Of a stretch of 64,000 nt of DNA, positions 1-12,694 are shown piece by piece (the stretch's first letter is position 1; each line of letters begins with the position of its first letter). Where the stretch lies: the NCBI GenBank assembly GCA_002269645.1, contig NIVC01003591.1:60820-124819 (forward strand), given 5' to 3'. Origin of the DNA: Macrostomum lignano (lineage: Eukaryota). The position numbers and the translations under genes are program-made. The notes beneath the pieces are model-generated. The model saw only the letters and a list, made by a program, of their open reading frames with translations, had not been told where the DNA came from and made no database searches.

Positions 1-1235
1 CCCGCAGGCCTAGGAGGCGGCGGCTGCGGCGGCGGCATCGGCGGGGCAGCAGGGAGTCTTTTTTGGTTCGGCTGCTCAGCTGCGGTCCGCCTTGGATTGG
101 CCGAGATGGGTGGGGTTTGGCACGGGTGCTGCGGCGGCTGGGATGGCAGCTGGGGTGGCGCGGCTGCGGAGACTGACGAGGTCGCCGAGGCGGCGTCCTG
201 AGAGTCAAGCAGGCTGGCCAAGAACGCCAGCCGGTTCGGCTCCGATGGCGCGGCCTGCCTGAACCAGCCGCTGAAAGTCGCCACCACGACCTCCGACTGC
301 CTCTGCTGACCTGGCCGGGGTTGCAGCTGCTCCGCCGCCTCCTCCTCCTCGGCTTCACCGGCGGAGGACTCAGCAGACGGGGAGTCTCCATCCATCGACA
401 TTGCAGAGGTCGCCGGCGTCGGCATCGGCGGTGTCGGCGGCGGTGTCGGAGTTCGCGACCGCAGCATCGGCCTCGACGACGCCGGGGTTGGCGGCAGGCT
501 GCGGCTGCGGCCTCGCTTGCTGTCGCCGGCGCAGCGGCCCCGAGACCGGGAGCGGCGGCCGACCCGCTTGAGGAAACTGCGGAAGAAGCGGAACGGTCGG
601 CTGCCAGCGCTCTCTCGGCTGCCCAGGGTGGCGCCGGTGGCACCGTCGGCAGCGTCTCCGCCCGGGCAGCAGCGAATCTCCGGCGGGGCGGCTGCCCTGC
701 AAACGGGAAGGCGCGGCCAGCGGCGCAGCTGCGCGTGGCTGCGGGGCGGGCGCCGCTTCTGCGCCGAACTGGGCGGGCTGACGGAAGTCAGCGGCGTCTC
801 CAGCTGCACAACGCAGGCAGTCGCTGGCGGGCCCTGCGGCCGAGGCGGCGGTGGGGCTGAAGAAGGTTGCGGCGGTGGGGCTGAAGAAGGTTGCGGCGTT
901 TCAGGCATCGGAGTCGGTCGGCTGTGAGTCGCCGCCGCCCGCTCTTTGAATGGGCAGCCGCCGCTGATGTCGCCGCTCGGTGCAGCGCTCGGCCGTCGAC
1001 CTACAACTGTCCCCGACACTGTCCACGGCCGCTGCTGCAGCTGGGCCGCCTGCGGCCGGAAAGCCTTGGCCAGGTTCAGCCGGCCGAAGATGATGCCAGG
1101 GACGGCGGCGGGCGCGGGGCTGTCGGCCCGCCGACTGGCAGCGGTGACCCGGACTCGCTGGCGGCCGCCCGTCGCCGAAGAAGCCGAGTCATCCGCTGCT
1201 GCCCAGCCTCGGCTGCTGCCGTATGCAGGACGCAT
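1..1235 (-). CDS. 5' exon of an unidentified low-complexity Pro/Ala/Ser/Arg-rich protein, open to the window edge (at least 411 codons)
   Basis: Hand translation of the minus strand from GCC-ATG at 1235 gives MRPAYGSSRGWAAADD...RPFRFFRSFLKRVGRRSRSR...PPMPPPQPPPPRPA with no stop down to base 1. It is absent from the ORF track because it has no stop in the window. The GC-rich segment ends at about 1260. No domain recognised. Confidence 0.6.
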   Translation of the reverse strand, partial: MRPAYGSSRGWAAADDSASSATGGRQRVRVTAASRRADSPAPAAVPGIIFGRLNLAKAFRPQAAQLQQRPWTVSGTVVGRRPSAAPSGDISGGCPFKERAAATHSRPTPMPETPQPSSAPPPQPSSAPPPPRPQGPPATACVVQLETPLTSVSPPSSAQKRRPPRSHAQLRRWPRLPVCRAAAPPEIRCCPGGDAADGATGATLGSRESAGSRPFRFFRSFLKRVGRRSRSRGRCAGDSKRGRSRSLPPTPASSRPMLRSRTPTPPPTPPMPTPATSAMSMDGDSPSAESSAGEAEEEEAAEQLQPRPGQQRQSEVVVATFSGWFRQAAPSEPNRLAFLASLLDSQDAASATSSVSAAAPPQLPSQPPQHPCQTPPISANPRRTAAEQPNQKRLPAAPPMPPPQPPPPRPA

Positions 1236-1924
1236 GGCTGATGCTTTGACGAGACTTCCGCGTGTTTTTGCTGAACAAAATGCACTTGCGAAGTGCACAA
1301 TCTCTGTGTCAGCAGCCACCTTGCACGTGTCAGGCTAATTTAATGCACGCGATTCGTACCATAGACTTAAGCTGTTTGGCACTTTGCAACTGAAGCAGCG
1401 TGGCCGCTGAGTTCAGTAGTTTGAACGCGTATTATTGGATTTTTTAGCCCTCAAGAATTTTGCGTCTTTGCCTACATGCAACTTTCACAGTCAGTGAGAG
1501 TATGCGAGAGCCTTAGAGAACCCTACGAGGTCATGTGCCCCCAAAATGCAACTATCTATTCGTGAGTGCATTAACCATTCCGATGGTTTTCTGTTACTAG
1601 GCTATAGTATCAAAGTGACCAGCGCTACTACTGCATTCTATTGCCATGCAGCTGAAAGGCTGGAATTCTTCAGCAAAATGCACCAGTTCGGCTTCACCTC
1701 GATACTCTCTGGTAATCGCACTAAAACACGTGATTAAACTAAAATAGCTTGTATTACTGGGCTCTCGCCGTGCCTGCAACTCTGCTGCAGCTGCGATGCT
1801 TGCTAAACATGCTAAACAAATCTTTTAAAACTTCACTTTTTTAAGACAGCTTACTTGAAACTGACAGAAGTGACCGAGGTTTGCAATAATGGAAGAGTTG
1901 TGAGCAAGTCTAAAATTGTAATGT

Positions 1925-2725
1925 GTGACAGAAACGCAGGCGAGAGTGACAGAAATGCTGACTACAGTGTGACAGAAATAAAAGCGAGAGTGTGACAGAA
2001 ATAAAGGCGAGAGTGTGACAGAAATGCAGGCGAGAGTGTGACAGAAATGCAGGCGAGAGTGTGACAGAAATGCAGGCGAGAGTGTGACAGAAATGCAGGC
2101 GAGAGTGGGACAGAAATGCAGGCGAGAGTGTGACAGAAATGCAGGCGAGAGTGGGACAGAAATGCAGGCGAGAGTGTGACAGAAATGCAGGCGAGAGTGT
2201 GACAGAAATGCAGGCGAGAGTGTGACAGAAATGCAGGCTAGAATGACAGAAATGCAGGCTAGAATGACAGAAATGCAGGCTAGAATGACAGAAATGCAGG
2301 CGAGAGTGTGACAGAAATGCAGGCTAGAATGACAGAAATGCAGGCGAGAGTGTGACAGAAATGCAGGCGAGAGTGTGACAGAAATGCAGGCGAGAGTGTG
2401 ACAGAAATGCAGGCGAGAGTGTGACAGAAATGCAGGCGAGAGTGTGACAGAAATGCAGGCGAGAGTGTGACAGAAATGCAGGCGAGAGTGTGACAGAAAT
2501 GCAGGCGAGAGTGTGACAGAAATGCAGGCGAGAGTGTGACAGAAATGCAGGCGAGAGTGTGACAGAAATGCAGGCGAGAGTGTGACAGAAATGCAGGCGA
2601 GAGTGTGACAGAAATGCAGGCGAGAGTGTGACAGAAATGCAGGCGAGAGTGTGACAGAAATGCAGGCGAGAGTGTGACAGAAATGCAGGCGAGAGTGTGA
2701 CAGAAATGCAGGCTAGAATGACAGA
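1925..2725. repeat. Minisatellite, 23-nt unit AGAAATGCAGGCGAGAGTGTGAC (about 35 copies, with a 21-nt variant)
   Basis: Direct periodicity in the sequence; ORF 2280..2849 is its translation. Confidence 0.95.
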
Positions 2726-3389
2726 AATTTAAATACCAAAACCAGCAAAAGATCCGAATGCGTGGGAGCGGTAAAAATTTGCTTTCTTGCTTCATTGAAA
2801 ATACGAGTTGAGTCTGCAACTCAAATTGAGTGTAACTCGCTGGGCTCACGCAGCTCGAAGACCGGCAAAAATTCTTTAGACAATTGAGAATTTCTCAATT
2901 TTCTTCTTACTTGTAGCTTTTGTGAGTGAGAGCCAGCCAGTCTCTCGCCAAATTTATACCCTCCGCTTTCTTCGTCTTTCCGCATTTTTCGTCTAAATTC
3001 AGCTTGGCCCCATTGTGGCCCCGAGACAGCACATTTTGACCTGAGCTGCCCTCTCCATGCGTTGTCTATTCATTGCTTTTTCTTCTCGTTTTTTACGCTA
3101 GAGTGAGCGAAGAAGAGGAGAGACGCTTGCGGGTAAATGGAAGTCTGTTTACAACTCGGAGTAGCACAGCTGACTACAATTGGCTTTGGCTTCGTAAACA
3201 GTCTGGAATCTCTGTCTAAGGTCTCGCATTTGGAACAGGTTTTTATTAGCTCTGCCTAGGAAAATATTTTCGACCTCAGAACTCCTAAAAATAGGTAGCT
3301 CAGACACGATTGAAGGAAGTTTGGCCAAGTTGCGTTTTGGGGTAATAAGCTAAGCTAAATACAGCTATTATCCGCGACGGGGAGAGGAA

Positions 3390-3443
3390 ATCACGTGATC
3401 TGGGGTGCGCGAGCTTGGCCCGTCACGTGACCAGCTATAAAAT
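3390..3443 (+). promoter_or_regulatory. Two palindromic E-boxes (ATCACGTGAT, GTCACGTGAC) followed by TATAAAA
   Basis: Motifs at 3390-3399, 3422-3431 and about 3437-3443. No downstream plus-strand gene identified. Confidence 0.3.
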
Positions 3444-5345
3444 TAGATGCAGAGTAATATTCGAGCAACTTCTAATATTAGAACAGGCACGTCCTTGATG
3501 CTAGAGATAACAAGAACCGGCCTCAATCTTTAACCGTTACGAATTTACTGTAAAGAAAGCAGGTGGCTCTCTGACTGGTCCCTCAAAGTCTAGTATTTTC
3601 CTCCGCCAAAGCAATAAAACGGGATGTCAAGCTATAAGTCTGGGAAAGAAATATGGGGTTTGCCACGCAATTTTGTTATGTTCAGCTGTTTCCAAGTATT
3701 TTTAATGTCCTTCCGTATCTCGCTAACCCGTTGAAATTTCCTGTAGGTTTAAAGTTTATCTGGTTTATCTCAACTTACCGATGTTCTTCAAATTGTACCA
3801 GTCCCCGAACGGCTCTTTCTATAGAAGGAAGGTTATGATAAGCGCAATTTTTTTTTAGAAAGAAACCGTTTGAAGAACGGAAGTGAATTCTGCATGTTTC
3901 CGGACCTGGATCCAGACATTGGCCCGTATGAATAAAATGGGTAATTGCTCGGGAGAAAATTCTTTTTGTAGAGAAGCATGTGAAGAAACTCAGGAGAAGA
4001 CACTCTTAACTTGCTCTATTTGTTGTTTTCAAGTCTCAACAAAGACGGATTAACAATCGGCAGGCAGCAAAGTACAAAAATGTTGAGTAAGCCACCGAGG
4101 CGGTGAGAAAAACTAGGCAAGCCCAGCAAACATGGCCCAAACTGCCTCATGGGTATCTCAGGCGTGGAACCCGAAACCAGATCTGGCAGGTTGTCGTTGT
4201 TCCCTATCTCCCCTGCTCCCGCTAAAAGAGTTTCTGTCTTCCCAGTTGAGGCTGAGGGAGGCTGCCGGCTGCATAGATGAGGATGGTGAGGAGCTCATTA
4301 GGAAGCCAAGTGAAGGGATTAATCAGTGGACTCCACGTCATAACTTTCGCTTTCTCAAGGGCCCACTAATCCGTCTAATGACCTGTTTGAGCAGTTGTGC
4401 TCAATATTTGCCTTGAGAATTTAGAAGGGAATCACCAGCGAAAAAAGTCAAGTAATCTCTCATACTTTGTTCTAAGGACAGTTAAAATGAAATAACAACT
4501 CAGATTAGTACTGTGCTGTGTAGGTGTAGCTCAGTACGAGCTATATTTCAGTTGCTGAGCGAAATCCATCATAGTGCGCAGTGCAGTGGCAATGTGTTCT
4601 CGAATCGTTCTGTGGTAAAACCGGGGACAGCAAGGAGATCGCTCTACGGCGTGCTTGGACCTAAATAGTTTCAGTTACTAATCTAAGACAATCCTGAAAC
4701 CCATAAAATTGAGTTGCTGACCGACTACACCGCTCGAGTCGATGCATTAATTACAGGTGCGTGTGGATTTGTTAGAATAAAAATAGTAGCTTAGGCGCCC
4801 TTCACAGATTCCAAACAGATGCGCATTATGTACATGAGCAAATCGGCGAGCAGCTGTGAAACCAAAATCAACTATAAAGAGGTAAATGTTAGGCATATGT
4901 ATATAGTTATCTGTTACCGCGCTTGCATTGAGTCGCATTGAGATTGAGACTGTTCTATAGTCAACAGAGGCATACGAGCTACAAGAAGTATGAAGCGTAC
5001 GAACGAGCTTACAGAGCACTAAAGTAAGTACAAGACGAGGCGCGGCAGTGTGACCTAAAACTAAAATAAACAGCCTTACCCAAAAATTCTGTGATTGCTA
5101 TGATGCTACAGAGGCACAGGCATCCGCTATTCAGTAAGCTATATGTATTGTTTAGCGAAATGTGTCTTATAGCCAGTCATGCCAGTAAAATTTCTGTGGT
5201 ATTTCGCCGACCAGTCTTCCGAATTCATCTCTCCGGAGACAGCCGGCGCGGTCGAGATGTAACAGAAGGAGACAAGACTGTGGATAAAAACAGCGGCGGT
5301 AGACAGTTCGCTTTCTCTACTTAAAAATTCTCGGCCAGAGACTGC

Positions 5346-6044
5346 TCAGGCCACCGTGTCCTGCTTCTTCTTCTCGATGCGGTCAGCCTTCAGCAGCGAC
5401 ATGTTTGACGACATCGGCTTGGCGTCCGGCCCGCCGTCCTCGATCACCTGGGCGTCGTTGGCGCCGCGGCACAGCCGGGTAAAGGCCAGGTCGTTGGCGA
5501 TGTCATCAAAGCTGCGGTTCTTCGTCTCCGGCATGCAGACGAAGAAGAAGATCCAGAAGGGCACGACCACGCTCAGGTAGATGAGGAACACGTAGCCCTG
5601 GATGGCCAAGTTCAGGTTGACGAAAGTGGTGGACACGATCAGGTTGGAGATCCACTGGACGCCCTGGCTAAGCGAGTAGGCGGCGCTCCGCGGCTCCTGA
5701 CGGAAGACCTCGGCAACGATGAAGCCGGGGATGGTGCCCAGGCCGAAGGCGAAGCCAGCGATGTACACGAAGATGAAAAACATGAAGACGATGGAGAAGT
5801 TGCGCTTGACGTCGGGTGATTGAGTCTCCGAGACCACCACGGCGCTGGCGCAGAGGACCACCAGGCTGACTGCCAGGAAAACGGACGGCACCAGCAGGAG
5901 GGTCCTGCGGCCGAATTTCTCCAGCAGAGGCAGCGAGGCCACGGTGCACACAACGTTGAAGAAGCTGAAGCCGAGGTTCACGTAGGGCACGTAGTCGCTA
6001 TGGATGCCGGAGGTCTCCATCATGGTTGAGGAGTAGCTCATTAC
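5346..6044 (-). CDS. SLC2A: GLUT exon 6 (C-terminal transmembrane half and tail)
   Basis: Acceptor ccgcag|GTA at 6044; ORF 5346..6041 contains GRRTLLL, GLGTIP, PETKNR; stop at 5346. Confidence 0.95.
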   Translation of the reverse strand, partial: VMSYSSTMMETSGIHSDYVPYVNLGFSFFNVVCTVASLPLLEKFGRRTLLLVPSVFLAVSLVVLCASAVVVSETQSPDVKRNFSIVFMFFIFVYIAGFAFGLGTIPGFIVAEVFRQEPRSAAYSLSQGVQWISNLIVSTTFVNLNLAIQGYVFLIYLSVVVPFWIFFFVCMPETKNRSFDDIANDLAFTRLCRGANDAQVIEDGGPDAKPMSSNMSLLKADRIEKKKQDTVA

Positions 6045-9000
6045 CTGCGGGCCGAAGCGGGAGGTTGCGACAGGTGCAAGTCTTGACCCTGTTTAGATCC
6101 GGGTTCCATATCAGATTCGGGCCCCAGTAAACAGGGAATTAGCATTTGATTAATTATGCATTTATGGTTGCATTAAGCGCGGGAGTTTTCCAGAACGCTC
6201 CGGATCGAGAGAAATTGGAGAGAATAATAGTTCACCCTCGGTTCCTGGGGGGGGGGGGGGTAGACTGAACACAGACCCGCTGCCTTGACTACAACAAGAC
6301 TAAAGCGTCTAAACTGCGCTGACAATGCACTGCGGAGTGGGGCAGTTTACTGGAGGTAGTAAAAAACTTGAGAGAGAGAGAGAAGCGGCAGTTGCCATGC
6401 AGTGCTCTAGGGTTTAGTCAATGCGAGATACAGCTCAGGGCCGCAGCTGCTAGGGGACTGGGGGAGGGGGGCTCAAATTCAGCAGGGGATTTCAATAGAC
6501 TCAGGGCATGCCGGGGTGCGGAATGAGTGCGAGAGTGTTAGTGACTGGGAGGGCAAAGCAGCGCCTTCCCTCCCTGCTCTCCCTTGCAGCTTGTTCCCCA
6601 ACCTCTGTGTTACCGTTGTCATGGAAACCATCCACTCTAGCCTCAATCCCCCAGGCTAAGAAATCCTCAAAGCTCCACCCACGTAGCCCCCGCCCCCCGC
6701 CTCTGCCCCGCTCCCCAAACAGACGGCAACAACACGGCCTCGGTGAGGTTCCCTCTCTGTGGGGCGCAGCTTTGCAATAGAAAAGTGCACGCAACAGAAG
6801 GAGGCTGAGAGCCACGCCCCCATCAATCGATGGCTAAGGGTGAGCAGGTGACAGAGCCTGCTCAAGCTGTCCATCTGCTTCAGCTGCCAGCGGGGAGTCT
6901 AGCGGCAGCCTGGTCACCTGACAGCCATTTAATTATCTGAGCGCACATCGTCGGTGCTCATTAAGCAGGCAGTTTGCTGCTCATTATTGTCTTAAGCTAG
7001 CGGGCCTGAGAACTTGTCACGCTCTTAGACACCCCCGCTGGGAGCAGTTCAAACTGGTCAGACGCCTAATTGACGTCAGCCAGCCAGGTGCTTCATCATG
7101 TCTTAATTGATTACGAGAAAGTCCGTTTCTACCTATCTGTCTGCCATTTAGTCCTGGAGAGACCAACAGTTTTGCTTGGGCGACAGCTGCTGAGACAGCT
7201 GCTGGCGGCCGGATCTGCTTGGGCCAGGGGGGGGGGGTGATTTTTTCTACCTCGCAAATCTCTACGATTGTGTGCACAGATTTCGTCAGCATGCATGCAG
7301 TAAAAGTGCCAGCTCCAGAAATAGCAGCGGAAACTATTTACCAATTGCAAAGCTGCTAGCAGCCCGGGAGGAAGTCAGTCAAAGCATTCAGCTGACGGAC
7401 AGTTCGCGGGGCGCCAAAACTGAAGATTGCATTGGGAAAGCATTGCGGTGCTGGGCTGGTCTTCTATTTGAAGACTAGCAGCTGGTCCAGCCAACCAGAC
7501 CCCGCTAATGAGGGCCGCCCGTATGACGTCAGCAGCTTTCGGGTTCGGGGGGGGGTTGCCTTGGCAACTCTAATGGACAAATAATTGAGCGCAGGTAAAA
7601 AAGGATTTGATTGGCACAGCTGGCCAAACGACTGTCCAAACCCTGGAGCGGAAAACTGCAGTTCTGACGGGCTCCGGGTGAGTCTCGAATCCCTTTGATG
7701 GAGGAATTCTTCACGGATAGCGCGTGCTGGCTCTCTGCTAAGCCCAATAAATAAATTGACTCTCGGGTCGGTCCGATTGCTTTAATTGACCTATTTACGA
7801 CGACAATTTCGTCCTTCAACCGACCCTCAAGTCAGGGTTCTCTGGGAAATAGCATGTTCCAGAGAATTCGCATCGTGTCTCATTTAGTCGACATTTTCCC
7901 TGACGGGTCCCCAGGGGTCCTTGGTTCGAACTCCTCGGTACAAGAGTTTTCCATTGGCATTAATAAATCATCTCATGATTGGCTGCTCACAGCATTGATG
8001 CCGCTCAGCTGCTGCATGATCTGGATTCCCACGGCGATGGCGACTGGCATGCGCAGGTCAGCCTGGGTGAACAGCTGGACAAAGTGGAACTTCTTGGCCG
8101 GAGCCGCCGCAGCCATGGGGACGTCGTCGGCGTCGTCCTTGACAGCGCACTCGCCAGCGGAGCAGGTGCCCTGCATCTCCTGGCGCATCTCCTCGATGTA
8201 ATCCTCGGGATTATCGCCCGGGTATAGCCGCTCCAAGGCCTTCTTGGCGTCCTCAATGCGGCCCTTGTTCATGAAGAGAAACCTGGGCGACTCCGGGCAG
8301 AAGGGCAGCACGATCAGGGAGATGATGGCCGGGACCCCGGTGAGAGCCTGCGCCACGATCCACAGGTCCTCGTGGTTCATCGTCTGCTTCAGGCCGGAGC
8401 ACACGAAGGCGACCAGAATGCCGATGGTCACCGCTAGCTGGTGGCAGGCGCCGATCGCGCCACGGATGTGGATTGGGGCGATCTCGGTCAGGTAGATGCT
8501 GGCGAGCCCGATGGTCACACCTGCGAGAGAGATGGGCGGGTGAGAGTGAGAATTGAATGCGGATTAGCGAGAAAAGAAAATTTCGGTACATGAGAGAGCG
8601 CATCAGCAATGCACTGCGCTGTGGGAGCGATGTGCTGGGGGTTATTGCAACTTGAAACACAGTGAATTTTGTGTCTGGTAGACCGTGTGAAACTTTGTGT
8701 GGGCGGGCGGAATGAGTGAACGAAAACTGCTACATCTTTCAGTCTCACGAGTTTTACTGCTTATATGTTCTCTTAATGTGAAATAAGCCAGACCGAGTGA
8801 ACCTAGTCTGGAATTGCAAGTGCGCGCAGTCTGCGCGAACGGGACACATTAAACCAGATGCGTTCTCACTGCTGGGCCGCGATTCTTACCGCAGTTGAAG
8901 CCGATGAACGCGCGGCCAATGTAGAGCAGATAGGGAATCTTGGTGGCCACGGTTGGCGCTGAGATGATGGCTCCGGCGATCATGAAGGCGTTGTTGAACA

Positions 9001-11582
9001 GCAGGCCGTTGCGTCTGAAGGGGCGTTTGGAGGGTGTGGCACGCAGCATGTAGTCTGCGGCACAGTGGGGAGGGTGTGGCACACTGCATGTAGTCTGGTA
9101 CAGTGGGGAGGGTGTGGCACGCAGCATGTAGTCTGCGGCACAGTGGGAGGCGAGGGTGTGGCACACGGCAAAAACCGGAGCACAAAAAACATACGCATCT
9201 ACGCAGCTGCATGGTGGGCGTATAGTTAATCTGGAAGCCTCACTCTCTTGGGTGCTCTTGCTATTTTAGTATGGCAGTTTTAATCGTCTACATCCGACGC
9301 CCCGGCCCAGGAGGACAGGGCAGGAATGTGGAAGGCAGCCCCTCCCCCTTGTAAAATGGACTTTTTATTGCGCCTGTCTGGCCTCCGCGAGCGTATTGAC
9401 GCAAATGCTGGTTGGGTGTTTAGGGTCATAAAACCTTAGAAGCCTGTAGGATTCCATTCCATTCCAACAATGAAGCACTGAAGCATGGCTGGGAGTGCAG
9501 CAAGGCTAAAGCACGAGTGTCTATGGGCGAGCCGTCCACCATTGAATGCACGAGCCATGGAAGAACGATGGGATCTACATTGCTACCTTCAACGTTAATC
9601 TACGGCTTTTATAAGGACTAGTTCAGCGACCTAGTTTTGACAAAGCATAAGACGGTAGCCCAGCTAAGCTACGGTTGCCCGAAGGGGACGGCTGTTCTGT
9701 TGCAGATTCGAAAGCAGCCTGCTCACAGAGCTCACGCCCACGAGCTCCTTCTATCTCAAGTATTGGCCTCTGCGGGGTGGCAAAACCACTTCAAGTGAGA
9801 CTGGTTGGAGGCTCCGTATTTAGTTGAGTACACATCAAGCTCAGAATACTTATCAAATAATTACCCATGCCTCATATTCTCAGCAATACTTCGTTTTAAG
9901 AGGCTTGGACAATTCTCTTTAAGTATGGCTTAATGCACTGCTAAATTAAGAATTCTATGACGCTCAGCTGTAAGCAAACACTATGAGACCAGTTGCTAAT
10001 CAACTGAAGTCTCTAGCATAGGTACAGAATTACAGAAATAGCTGATAAAAATACCTTCGGCGACATGGTCCCACCACCAGCGCTGACAGCAATTCTCCCC
10101 ACTCCGCTGGCTCCTGAGCACACACAGACACGCACTCATACGCACGCTCACACAGGGTGTACAGGGGCCCTGACTGTCTAATCGTCAGGCATGTACAGTC
10201 TCTGTGCCTTGCTGGTTGACCATCATGCCCGTGAATCGCAGGACAACCCTCTCGGCCTATTCTCGTGCACAAGAAGAGGCCGTGGCGCCCCCCCCTCTAA
10301 TAGAATGCTTAGAAAACAGTTCGCACAGAGCTCTGGCAGCGACACCTACCTTCCAAAGAAGTTCGAAATCGCACCGGTGCTGAAGGCACCGATTGCGCCG
10401 AACACGATCCACACCGTCATGATGAGGGAGTAGTACAGACCGAGCTTGTGCCCCGCTTCGTCCACCGCAGTTTCCGGGGCGGTGCCGTTCGCATCCTTGC
10501 CGTTTTCGGCATTTTTCGAAAGATCCTTGCAGGGGATCTGCAGCAGGTTCTCGCTCAGGAAGCACATGATGTGCTGTACATGGGTAAAGAGGGATTTATT
10601 TGTTAGTAAAGTCTTGACCTTAAAGTCTAGAGGCTTGCTGTTTGAGATTCTCACTGGGGCGGATTTCTTTGGCTGAGATTCTCACTGGGGCGCATTTGTT
10701 TGGATGAGATTCTCACTGTGGCAGATTTCTTTAGGTGAGATTCTCACTGGGGCGCATTTGTTTGGATGAGATTCTCACTGTGGCGGATTTCTTTAGGTGA
10801 GATTCTCACTGGGGCGCATTTGTTTGGATGAGATTCTCACTGTGGCGGATTTCTTTAGGTGAGATTCTCACTGGGGCGCATTTGTTTGGATGAGATTCTC
10901 ACTGTGGCGGATTTCTTTAGGTGAGATTCTCACTGGGGCGGATTTCTTTAGGTGAGATTCTCACTGTAGCGGATTTCTTTAGGTGAGATTCTCACTGGGG
11001 CGCATTTGTTTGGATGAGATTCTCACTGGGGTGGATTTGTTTGGATGAGATTCTCACAGGGGCGGATTTGTTTGGATGAGATTCTCACTGGGGCGGATTT
11101 ATTTAGGTGAGATTCTCACTGGGGCGCATTTGTTTGGATGAGATTCTCACTGGGGTGGATTCTTTGGATGAGATTCTCACTAGGGGGAATTTCCTTGGGC
11201 GAGGTTCTCACTGGGGCGGATTTCTTTGGGTGAGATTCTCACTGGGGCGGATTTCTTTGGGTGAGATTCTCACTGGAGCGGAATTCTTTGGGTGAGATTC
11301 TCACTGGAGCGGGTCTCTGCATACTCTGGCCGAGTAAGAGCCAGTTAGAGAACTTCTATTTATATAAAATAGCAAGTGCACTTTAAGCTTACATCCTTGG
11401 GCCCATTAAACACGGAGATATTGTATCCGTACAACATCGACGAGCCAAAACAGGTGATAAAGCAGGACAGAATTAGCCACGGCGTCACCTGCAATTAATA
11501 ATACAAGGAATGAATAGATAGAGCTGAGCCGAAACATGGTTATGAAATTAAGGTTGCACAACTTTACCGTTCGTTTTGCCAT
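5346..11582 (-). CDS. SLC2A: Facilitated glucose/hexose transporter (SLC2A/GLUT family), 6 coding exons, 562 aa
   Basis: Exons 11582-11568, 11488-11393, 10573-10350, 9014-8890, 8520-7991 and 6044-5346 all have GT-AG borders with matching phases (1689 nt). Motifs: GSSMLYGYNISVFNGP, FGRRNG, YLTEIAP..RG, PESPRFL, QQLSGINAV, EKFGRR, GLGTIP, PETKNR. Confidence 0.95.
7991..8520 (-). CDS. SLC2A: GLUT exon 5
   Basis: tcgcag|GT acceptor and GCT|gtgagc donor; contains PESPRFL and QQLSGINA. Confidence 0.95.
8890..9014 (-). CDS. SLC2A: GLUT exon 4
   Basis: cttcag|A acceptor and G|gtaaga donor; RNGLLFNNAFMIAGAII...IGRAFIGFNC. Confidence 0.93.
9030..9165. repeat. Short intronic tandem repeat, about 40-nt unit, about 3 copies
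   Basis: GAGGGTGTGGCACGCAGCATGTAGTCTGCGGCACAGTGG repeated. Confidence 0.8.
10030..10250 (-). mobile_element. SINE-family body fragment (GLUT intron)
   Basis: The reverse complement matches the CAAGGCACAGAG..TGTACATGCCTGACGATTAGACAGTCAGGGCC..GCTCAGGAGCCAGCGGA core also present at about 22015-22295 and 46085-47058. Confidence 0.7.
10350..10573 (-). CDS. SLC2A: GLUT exon 3
   Basis: tacag|CAC acceptor and AG|gtaggt donor; HIMCFLSENLL...YYSLIMTVWIVFGAIGAFSTGAISNFFG; NGT glycosylation sequon in the first loop. Confidence 0.9.
10645..11310. repeat. Intronic minisatellite, 31-nt unit (about 21 copies), partly organised as an alternating 62-nt dimer
   Basis: GAGATTCTCACT followed alternately by GGGGCGCATTTGTTTGGAT and GTGGCGGATTTCTTTAGGT. 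Confidence 0.95.
11393..11582 (-). CDS. SLC2A: GLUT exon 1 (15-nt MAKRT micro-exon, 11582-11568) and exon 2 (11488-11393)
   Basis: ATG GCA AAA CGA ACG|gtaaag, a 79-nt intron, then tgcag|GTG ACG CCG TGG...CCC AAG GAT|gtaagc. Confidence 0.85.
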
Positions 11583-12369
11583 GTTTCTTAGAATCGGTTG
11601 GGTTGATTATCTGGAGTACAGCAGTTGAGGCTTTACGAGATGCTTAAAGGCGTCCGAATTCTCTTGCTTTCTGTGTTGCTAAGAGCGGCAGCAGAGGGTA
11701 TTGTGGGTGCCAGAATTTACTTTACTATATAGGGCTGGCCGTGCGGGTGTGGGGGTGTGGGGGAGGGTTTGGTCTGGGCGTGACCAATAGCAAGAGCCGG
11801 GAGTGGCTGCTGTGTGCGTGCAGAATCCTGAGCCTGATGAGGAACGACGGGTTATGAAGAAGCCTTGCAGTTTTTTTTTCTGGAAAATTCCCACATCACT
11901 CCCGTGCATTTGAACGGGCTCAGCTGGGGACACTGCAGGGTCAGATAAAAATAGACGAGGCCGGTCCTCTGGGATGAAAATGTCTGGGATCCCGGCCTCT
12001 CCCTTCCTCGCTCCCCTCGGCCCTCTCCAACTCTCTCTCTTCCCTTCCTAAGTCCCTCTATCGATTGTGACTGCCAAATTTGGGAAATCTCTCCCCATCC
12101 GACCCAATCGCGTACTTGCGCTGACGTCCGAGTTACTGTTGGGCCTGCGGGCCTGCCTGCATTGCCTTTTATTCAGTGCCGCCTGAATGGCCTGCAATCA
12201 AAGAGTGACATTTTGGCCGCCGTGTAAACAGGCCATTTTTAGGATTTTATCCTGCATAAGAGTTTCTGCTGCACCGTGTTTGCCAGCGAGAAGAAGCTCG
12301 AGACTGAAGTCAGACAGATGTCAGCATGCGAAACCTCTGTTTTAAGGAGTTATTTAATTCGTGATTCCA

Positions 12370-12490
12370 CTGACTTCTGGGCATGCACTCATACGAACAC
12401 ACGCTCACTCAGGGTGTACAGCGGCCCTGACTTTCCTATCGTCAGGCATGTACAGTCTCTGTGCCTTGGGGGTTGGCCATCATGGCTGTG
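12370..12490 (-). mobile_element. SINE-family body fragment
   Basis: Same core as the other copies (CCTGAC...GTCAGG hairpin, CCCCCAAGGCACAGAG). Confidence 0.7.
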
Positions 12491-12694
12491 ACACGCGTTC
12501 ACCCCTGAACTGCTGTGCCTCCCTTTTAGAAAGAGAAAGAGAGAATTCTGCCTAAACAGAATTTTAGGCCCCACATTCAGGACCAATCCCGCTAGCGAAC
12601 AGCAGGTCACAAACTTCTAAAGTGCTCTGGCTCACTGCTCAAGGACCACTGAAATCTTTTTTTTTCATTAAATGACCCATCGAGCATCCAATTT

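Noticed and set aside
321-1338. Plus-strand GC-rich ORFs as genes
   Set aside because: They are better explained as antisense shadows of the single long minus-strand frame 1235 to 1.
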